This document shows positions 54,428 to 64,000 of a stretch of 64,000 nt of DNA, one piece after another; positions within the stretch are counted from its first letter, which is position 1; each line of letters opens with the position of its first letter. A model generated the notes under the pieces. It was not told the DNA's origin and did no database searches. It was given only the letters and a program-made list of their open reading frames with translations. The translations under genes and the position numbers were made by a program. The stretch is from Phoronis australis. Taxonomy: Eukaryota; Animalia; Phoronida. The DNA lies in the NCBI GenBank assembly GCA_002633005.1, contig NMRA01000012.1, positions 759,115 through 823,114 on the forward strand, read 5' to 3'.

Positions 54428-54937
54428 GTTAGGGACTCGAAGTCAAGATTTCAAACACTTGTTGTCAAGCGGGACATACTCCAATTTAACCTTGTCACAT
54501 GTTGTAAATTACGCGTAATCGCCTACGATGAGCGACGTGGTGTCCGAATGTGTCGCACATCGGTTGTCGTCATCTAGACAGTAACAGGGATAGAATGGGA
54601 CTAGGAAACTGCTCCAGCCCTGTTTTTGGCTTGAACCTAATCCTTGGGAAGCGACCAGTTCGCATCTCCATGTGCACTGTTTCACCATATAGTTGTTATT
54701 CAAATATACAGATTTTCAAACTAGAAGTGGTAATGTGTTTTAAGACCGCCCAGGGGCGCCAAATCAAATCCCTGATTTTTTTGTGATTCTGAGAACCCTC
54801 ACTTTCCATTGCGAGCATTAGCACCATCGAAACTCAATGAAAAGAAGTAGTAGGAAGGGTTAAATATCAAGAATATATTCGTAAAAGTTGAGGTGAATGG
54901 GTCTCATGAAAAATTCGTGCCAATGGTGATCTATTTT

Positions 54938-55435
54938 CAGTGGCGGATCTACGTTTTCGGTAAGGGGGGGGTTTACGATTCCCGCAAANCGGCATGACAG
55001 ATGAAGTAAAAACGTTGCACGTGAATTTGCCTGAATATCAGGGTTGCGGCACCACAGTATTTCCCCTAATCAAATCAAATTATATCTTAAAGTAAAGAAG
55101 CTAGTTACCTAAAGAAATTAGCTATAGAGCTGCTCTTTCAACGGTGGATCCATCTAAAATGCTTGGCTACTTCAGAAGTGTCGACGGAAGCGCGAGCACA
55201 ATTGATCTCCGCGCGTTTTGCCGATGAGCCACGAAGACTCAAAATGCGTTGATTTTCATAACAACAATTCGCAATGCAAAAAATTAATTTTTTTCCAAAT
55301 TGGTTTACTTGGGGTTTACACACGCTGGTGGTGTCGTTTTTGTTTTGCTGATAACGTTTTTGTTTTTTTTATTGTGGGTCCTGGCCCAAGGGGGGGGGTT
55401 TAAACCCCCTGAACCCCCCCGTAGATCCGCCACTG
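54938..55435. mobile_element. Non-autonomous TIR DNA transposon (MITE)
   Basis: Perfect 16-bp TIR cagtggcggatctacg / cgtagatccgccactg, with G/C runs inside and atttt on both flanks. A related decayed copy lies at about 55633-55906. Confidence 0.82.
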
Positions 55436-58400
55436 ATTTTACACAAGAGACTGTGTTTTTTTTCTTGTCACATCTACAAGCAGACATTCTTGTAAATTAC
55501 GAGCATTCTAACGTGCCATAGAGTGTCGTCGTCGTTACCTGCCACAAAATCCTTGCAAAATTCTTGAGAATTAGCAAATATTGTGCTGTCAATCATTAAG
55601 CCCTCTTCAGTATCAAAACTATCGGTCATTCTCAGGACCGGATCCAGGATTTTGAGTTTGGGGGCAGGCCACAGGAATAACCAGAATTTCGCCACATGCG
55701 CGTGTCCAGCCTAAAATGTAGGGATGCAGGGGTCTCGAATATTTGCGTTTGCCGACCTTATTACTAAAAAAAGGGTTTGTTCAAGGCCTATGCATTGTGC
55801 ATTCGCCCCCCGAACCCCCTGGGTGCGCGCATACACTACTTAGTAATTCGCACTCCTAACTCCCAAACGGTATCTGGGAGAATTTTAGGGGGGGGAATCC
55901 GCCACTGATTCTTATTGTTTCGGCCTCGCTGCCACCCCCATCAGGCAGACTATAATGCGTACAGAAATGACTGTTATTTATCATCAAATGCCGCCCGATA
56001 TGTTGTATCAGGCATTAGCGAAGGGAATGACTTTCTCGGCAACAACCGTTATTCTAACATGGACGGTTTTACCGCAGGACAACAAAACCAAAAGCGACGC
56101 CTGTGCACAAGAAAACAAAACTGAAGGTTTGGTGTTTGCAGGTACGTGAGTCGTGTTCATGAGTCCGTGATCGTGTTTATGAGTCCGTTAACCGTGTAGT
56201 TTAGGTATCTTGAATTATTTTTTTGCAGCTCCTGATTTAAACAAGGGCCTCGTTGTTTAATTTTGGTTCGGTATAAATAACGCCACAGACCTGGAAGTCC
56301 AGTGAAACACTTCTACCTTACAAATGTGACAATCCCTAGTCTCAGAAAATTTGAGCACCCGGCAAAAGATACTAATGATGAAATTCCGGTGATGATAGTC
56401 ATACTCTTTGTTTATTTTCTTCACCTACACAATTTGAAATAGTCGGTGAAATGAAGCCCATTCGAGTAAGCACCACGGTGAGTCCCTGCGCCAACCCCAA
56501 TATGGTAGAATCCAACAAGCTCAAGTTGCGGTCAAATCAGGGTGGGCATAAATAAGGAAATTTACTGTATCAACATATTGGCCAATTAAGAATAAGATAG
56601 AAAGTGTTGCTACAGTGCACACGAGCACAATACTTGGTCTATCATTTTCCCGCCGTAAGTGCAAAGCCATGAACCAATCAGATCACCAATGGCGCAAAGT
56701 TTTCGAAAACAAGCTTGATTCTTATGGAGTCCTGTTACTGCTCTATGTATTTTCAAAACTTTATTGCGTTACATTTAATTTATTTTCTGTTCATCTCAAT
56801 GAGGCTCCGTAATATATATGCACTCAACACGATTAATGCATTGTAAAAACCAAAAGTGATGCACTATCAACATTAGACAAAATCAGTACACCCCTTTCTT
56901 AAAACATGAGTCAAAAGTTAGAAACAAAGGACACAAGTTTCCATCACTTGCAACGTCGATTTTCGACATTGGTGTTGGGTAGGAACATCAGCCTGGCGAC
57001 AGCAACCCTTAATCGTACGAAGGTGATGATTTTCGAAATTTGATTCGTTTTCTTGTATGTCTTTTTCTCTACGGTTCAGGATTACTTGTGAATACAGGAA
57101 CAAAAACTGAAAGAGGCAGGGTTAGGGATAACGTTGGTGAACGGTAACATCTATATAAAGTGTTACAACTTTCATCGATATTGTCACCTTCTCTGTTTTC
57201 ATCCAACCTTCCCTGATGAAAACGTGAATGAAGAGGACCTTCAGTACTTGAGTGAGCACGGTATACTGTGTGATTTATGTTGAATTATTCAACGTTTCTT
57301 TTAAGAACCATGTCACGCTATACCTCAGGCTCATGCACAGTACAACCAACAGTCCTTTTAAGGGCCACTTAACACTCACCAGAAGAACTGCTCACTTGAG
57401 AATGTTGAATTATAACATGCATAATGTGACAAAGACTAGTAATACGACCTCTATTTTTTACAAAAATATCTTACGTTTTGCGAGTTTATTTGTCATAGAA
57501 ACCAAACGAAAAAACTAATCGAAAATTCCTAATAGCGTTTTTGAGGTAACTGGTGAAGTTTTCATTTAAAAAGGTTTCATTAAAATCGACCGAGTGTTAT
57601 TTTGCTATGAATGTATCATTCTTAAAAACGAAATTTTGATTTAAAAAGGTGTTAACGTAATAATAATAATGGTACATAAATATAAAACATTTTTATATTC
57701 CCCTGATCTTTTTTCTTTCAGAAAATAATACTGTTAGTAGTTGACAAGCTTAGTCTTCTGATACACGAGGTAGAACAGAGGCCATTAAATAATGTTTAAG
57801 ATAACCTTAACCACGAGAGTGAGGATCAAACAGCATCAATTTAAATCGATGATTTATTAAATATATCACCTGTCAAAGCCGGTACTGATCGCAGCTATAG
57901 GGTTAATAAATAAATAATTAGTTTAGCGCGAATTCACGAAGTGCTTCTTGATGTGTTTTGACACTCGAATGCGGCGGGTATAGGTGCAGCTGACCCAACC
58001 TCGCGTCCAGACAGAAGAACTGATCAATTGTAGCGAAATCTGACGCTCGTCGCCACAGTTTCCGGGAAGTTTGTATTGGGCGAAGCATTTGCTCTTCTTC
58101 TTCCCGCTAACCATGCTAGAAAAAAAAAATGCAAGCAATGGATAAAATGAGTCTTTCGACTTCACCACTGAAATATTTCATGTCAAAATAAGTCCGCAAT
58201 ATCTGTCGCTGATAGCACATAACCTGGTACTAATTACACCATTTACTCGAAATCTGCATGGAGTGCCGGGGCCAACGCAAAAAATCGGTTACTTACGGGG
58301 TCACAAAGACACAGTTCTAAACCGAATCGTTCGGCAAAAATAGTAAGTGTCCAGTTATTTGACGAGTCGTGCTTCATGAGGTAAGTGCGGGAGTCCGAGA

Positions 58401-61400
58401 TGGAATCGAGTTGATTGATACTGAGCACGCGTTTGATTTAAAAGGAAGGAAATGCTTACAGGTGGACATTTGCTGGTTTCGCCGGTTTTCCTGTAAGTCG
58501 TATTTCAGCTACAATCAACTATGTGTCGATAGGGAAAGTAGCGATCTAGGAATTTTCAGTTGCCAGGTCGCAATTGTCGTGAGTGGCATCATGCTAAGCG
58601 GCGAGCCCTGACTTTGCTTCTTCCAGTGGAGATCTATGATCTATTTTCCGTCATTTTTGGAAGCTAATTAAGTGGCACCACTATGTGACATGTTTTGACA
58701 AAACCAACAGCTGATCGCGTAGCGGTCTAGCTAATAACGCTGTGTAACCACAAGGTGTTCCACGGCCAAATTGGAACTGAGTTGTATAACAGATATCCCG
58801 GAGTCCAAAACACAGCTGACTCCAGCACCTGCAAAACAGCTAACCAACCCGAAGAACACGAATCCCGACCTTTGAAACAGGAAACCTGGGGATCGGACAG
58901 GACATCCCGGGACCGAAACACCACTCTCGCATTTTCTGGCAAATATTGTTTATCTTAAGAAAATGGTACCCTTAGGACCAAAGTGCTTTGTGTTCATATG
59001 AAATGTATCAATTTCACATTTTAATGAAAAAATAAATCTTCCTACTTTACATAGTTGTGATATGTTGTTTTACTATATGCTAATTTTAGGCAGGTTATGA
59101 CTGATTGGCGTTCTAACGTTATTCTACTACGGCGGCTAAAGTTGTGGTGCAATCTTTTGCGTCGGCTTTCGGGGCCATGAACTATTACGTCACCTATTGA
59201 CCAGTTTCTTTTTCCCAATTCCCTAATCAACTGTTCTTCTGCCACAAGGTTGCGTACATGTCACAACAAATTATTGGCTCTGGTTTCATTTCGTTATAAG
59301 GTTTTAGTATTTTAATACCAGCAAACCGAATTTCAAAACGAATTTTTCAGCAGTGATTCCCCAAAAAAGGATGCGAACGTGTTGACTTCTGAAATTCCAA
59401 TTCCCCCGAATTCAGTTTTAATGATCGATGGGGAGTTGAAGTACGCATTTTTGAGGGCAAGAACAATGAAATTGTTGAAATTGGTGACGGTGCAGGTCTT
59501 TTGAATGAATAATTCTCGCGGTCCATTTCAAAATCTGGAAATTGATTGCGATGGAAATAATGTACTCTCAATAAGTTACTCGACGTACCCAAAATGCGGT
59601 CAGTTGTAAAAGTATTTAAAGGAATTAATCAACAATGGCACTCGAAAGTCGAAATAATATATTTGTTTTTCATTTTTGAAAGTTTTTGGAGAAACAATTT
59701 AATAATCTGAAATTAACTAAATATTCACCGAGATTACAACGGGTTGAGAGTATTATATAGATTACAATGTTGAAATTTGCCCACAGACAAGTTGCACGAA
59801 TAACAGTCGATATAATATAAGTTACGTTTTATTATTGACAATTTTCACCAAACAAAGGCACAAAAAATGGAAAGTACTTGAAGATGCTTTAACTCAAAGT
59901 TTGAGGCTACTGACAGTCTCCGAAAATTTGTAAAATTGTCCGGGTTCCCTGTACGATCCCCGGGGGTACTGTTTTAAAGGTCGGGATTCGTGTTTTTCGG
60001 ACTGGTTAGGTGTTTTGAAGACGCGCGGGGGGCTGCTTGCCACTGCGGGAAATCTGTTTTACACCGGGATTCCAATTTCGATGGAACTGCGGGGCAGGCT
60101 CTAACAGACATAAATATAACCAGGCACGTGAAAAAATCACGCTTTGCGTTATATTTAAGCGCAAAATGCAACGTTTTAAAAGCTAAAAATAGCCTCACTT
60201 TTAAAATGGTGACTGCGTGAATACGGTGTGTACTACGATCTTGGTTCAAGTCAAATTCAGGCTGCCCGAACGACACAGCTGGCGCTGTCATAATAAACAT
60301 AGTCCCCTCAATCATTGTCATTAGGAAACCGTGCCGTTCAGTGGTATCTTGTAGTTGGACAATGCTTTTCTACCTCAAACGGTATCGCCGTCCGCCCTTG
60401 ACATCACGAAATTTGATTTAGTAAGCTCCTATTGTGTACAGGGCAATTATCGCGTTTGCCAATGCGATGTCTTTACGGCGATAAAATACTGGCTGAAATA
60501 AATTGAAATGTCAAGGGCAGAAACTGGTAATTTTTGACGTGTTTGGCTTCTGAAATTGAATTCCTCGTGAAAACCTTGTGTAGAAATTTTCTTTCGCGGA
60601 AGAAATACGACAAAAATTGACCAGAACGCTGCGACGGATTTTTACTTGTTGGCAACAGTTTTGAGTCCATGCGCCTTTACATGAATGTATTCGTTCAGCG
60701 TGACAGATGCGTTGTGACAACGGACGAAAGAGAGCCTGGCGATAAACAAAAGAAATATTTGTATCACGCCTCTGAAAACCAGTGTCGTCTGGAATGCGGA
60801 CTAAGCAAGAGTTGTTTGTAATGTTTGTTTCGTTTTTTAAAAGTGAAATCGGACTTTTGCGTCACTTTTCACTCATTTGGAGCACTTCGGGTATTTCGCA
60901 ACCTGAAATTGGAGTCTACAGAGATAACCGAGATACTCTCTTATAAATTAAGGTTCTTTATGTTCCACCATAGATTACACAATGTTTTGAATTGTACCGT
61001 GGTCTAAAAATTGCCGCATACTATTTTATGGACCTGATTATATACCGCCAACTACTTGCTTAACGGAACATTATAAATGCGGAACGAAAATATATGCTAA
61101 CTTCTGACCTAAAAACATCTAATTTCTCCTGGGATATTGGGCTCATTTCACCACGTGTATAAACTTGATGAATCCAGTTGAGGAGATTTGGGTGGATTTG
61201 GCACAATGAAAGTATTTTATCCAGAAGAAATCCATGTTCTGAGTCCACACCAGAGTTTTATTCTGTACTTTCGTCAGACCTAAGGCTATTCTTACATACC
61301 CACCTCGTGCTGGTACAGAAGACTGTCGAAGTTTGCCCAAATGCTGATTTGCGGATATTTCTAATTAATAATATACAGCGGGGAAACTATTTAAACAAAA

Positions 61401-61479
61401 GGAAAAGCATTCACATTAATCAAATTACTAATATTGATACCACGTCATTTAGTGCAGCATACATACCCTAATTCACATC

Positions 61480-61973
61480 TGACCTTTCCCTGGTGAGGTC
61501 CGACGTTCTGGGTTGTAGTCACCGCCTTTAAAACCGACTGCACCCTGCTTCCGAACGGGGTCAGGCTCAGTGACCTTTTCACATGAAGGGAAGAGTTATC
61601 CGCCAGTGGTTTGTTGCACGCCGACTGCATAGGCGGCAGTTGAACCATCGTAATGTTGTTGAAATTGTTGCGTAGTGACGTGGCGCCCTGGAAGCGACAG
61701 AACTGGCGACAATTGACCATCACCTTCACTGGCGCGTCATTGTTGAAGACGAAACACAGGGGAACTGTTGTGCAGAAGCTGCCCGTGTTGTAGCCCACGG
61801 GTATCTTAATTCTGGACGCTTGGCAGGATTCTTTGTTCCGTATTCTGTAAAGGACAGCACAGACTTCTGCAATTATTATTGGTAGGCATGTGCAAGTTCG
61901 TCCAAGAAGACAGAAATTATTGTGGTTACCCAGTGATCATCACAGTGGTGGCCCTGTACTGGCAAGGCGCCAT
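61480..61973 (-). CDS. Putative coding exons of an unidentified gene
   Basis: GC-richer open frame bounded by tcctttacag and AAG|GTCAGA (about 61845-61484: IRNKESCQASRIKIPVGYNTGSFC...GPHQGK). It joins in frame to an upstream piece MAPCQYRATTVMITG ending in GG|GTAACC. No recognisable domain. Confidence 0.4.
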
Positions 61974-64000
61974 CTTACGGCATATATCGCTAATCGTTTT
62001 AGGCCGTCTAGCCGTTACAGATCCAATACTTCACGAACCAAGGCAGCTTGAGCCCGTAGATAAACTGTACTGGTCCTCTATTGTTCAGACGACAAGTACA
62101 GACAAGTGTACACGGGAAGCTTGCCACGTTAGAATTACAGTTCTGGTCCTGTAGCCTAACGTTCAGGTGGTAACTAAACAGCGCACGTGGGCACTTCACC
62201 GCCACATGTCTTTCATTAAGGAGACCGCGGCCATGCATATTTGCAATGTGAGCTTAAAGAGGCCTGGAACGCGATAAGTACACAAAACGTACCGAGAGTG
62301 GCGCAGATGAAGTAAAATACCACGAGACATAAGTCCGTGAATCAACAGAAACCATGCACACGCACCCATTTATCATAAGTCAGAGGGAGATTAGAAACTC
62401 TGTGGTAACCAAAGAGTTTTCTTTCGCGCGTATTTCAAAAATCTTGAATTTTGTGATTTTTTCTGGAAATTTCCTAACCGAGGATAGTGACTTACTGTGT
62501 ACTAGACGTTGCGGATGGAGACTTTCGTCAGAAATTGTTTAAAGGATATTTTTGACGAGATTTCGCGTTTCATGCCTCTTAAAAGTTTCCTGAGCCACGG
62601 TTGAATATATCTGCTCTAGTTTAGTCATGAAAAATTGGCGTCTGCTGAGTCAACTGGGCTTTTTAAACTTTGTGCTGTATGTAAAAGCTACGAATGGCAT
62701 TCAATTGCTTGTTTTTCAGTTTGTACTTCTGAGTGAAAAATTGCTGGTTCAGTTTGTTGACTCCTTGATCCACTTTTTTCCTCAGTCGTGGTTTTTCTTG
62801 AACCTTTACTACTTGAAAGCGGGAAGTTGAAGTTTAACAGGAAATTCAGATACCCTTCAGACAGTTTTAATGGATTTGTAAAAACGATCTGACTGGTCGA
62901 CACCCGCTTTTCACTTAATGTATGAAATCTGTGGAGGTTTGGCAGTCTTAATGCAGTGTCTCTCAATTCGTAATAATCGCATGAAAATGGTGGCTTTGGA
63001 ATAGAAACTGCTGATTTGGTATATTTTTGAATATTTCTAGGTAGCCGGATGCACTTTTGGTAGTCGTGAGAATAGAAAAATTGACTTTGGAATCAGTTTT
63101 AATAGGCTTTGTGCAAAGTTTTTGAAGTCTTTGTGCCCTCAGTTTACTGTTCATATGTGCAGGTTTTGTACACTTGTGGAACAGACAGTTGGAGCTGCGA
63201 AGACCTGGTTTTTGAGCCCAAAATCAGCAAAAACTGTTGTGTGCCACCCAAAAGATTTCGAACTTTGCAAGAAGACTCCAGGATATATACGGCAGCTAAA
63301 GATCTTCAACTCGGGAGTTAACGTTTAAGCAAGTGTCAGTGACGATAATACGGTGATGCTTGAGTTGGTGTTTTGGCAGTTTATTATTTCCAGAACACTT
63401 CGCTGTGGGGAGTTATTTAAACTTGACGTTTGGACTTGTTGAGAGTGTTAAATGTATACATTTGAGAATTACTGAATACATGCGTGATTTATTTCAGATC
63501 TCGTGTTCCAAATGGTTGCATGACTCGAGAAATGCGGTGACATCGAGAAGATGGGAGATGAATGCAAGCAGCTACGAAACAGATTACACACGTGGCGCAG
63601 CATCATACTGCGATTACTTATTCCACTAGTTTTTAATGTTGACACTGTCTTGACACTTTCATAAAATGTGTAATAGTCGACGGTTCCTCATTTTTTTGTA
63701 AAATGGCATTTGGGCGTGCAATATGTTAAAAACTACAATACCGGACCAGTACAGCGCATGCGTCAATCCAGTAAGTTTCCTGTACCAATCCATTGCGGGG
63801 AGATTAGTGTTGATGCTGTAACCGTAGAAGATGGTTTGCTTTATGATTTGTTGTGATTACTGCATCACCAGTAAATCTCCCTGAAGTAGACCTACACACA
63901 TGGGTAGCGCTCCATAGAGGGCTGGGGGCTACTATACCCCCCACTTATTTCAATGCTGCGCCGCCCATGACACAGGAAACCTATTGGCCAAATTGTTCTA

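Noticed and set aside
55955-56149. Short plus-strand ORF ending at CAG|GTACGT as a first exon
   Set aside because: No recognisable homology and no in-phase downstream exon that I could support.

Overview
AT-rich, intron-containing eukaryotic DNA, most likely an invertebrate animal (GT-AG introns, a tRNA-SINE, MITEs, a Gypsy remnant, one 40-N gap). About 41 kb (5344-46082, minus strand) is one gene that I assembled by hand into 36 phase-consistent coding exons (3990 nt, about 1329 aa). It encodes a PEP-synthase/rifampicin-phosphotransferase/PigC-type dikinase (ATP-grasp, central substrate domain, C-terminal phospho-His swivel domain). This is fused behind a hydrophobic N-terminus and a beta-rich domain with HYEQ/RDHSxGxRDW motifs. 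Coding exon 25, in the central domain, exists as two diverged, intact 85-nt copies that can only be used one at a time (mutually exclusive exons). Exon 22 is preceded by three decayed tandem copies of its own 5' part. Head-to-head, about 2.85 kb away, is a 4-exon HSDL2-like short-chain dehydrogenase ending in the peroxisomal signal SKL. The last ~6 kb holds poorly resolved putative minus-strand exons of an unidentified gene. All gene models are manual readings without transcript evidence.
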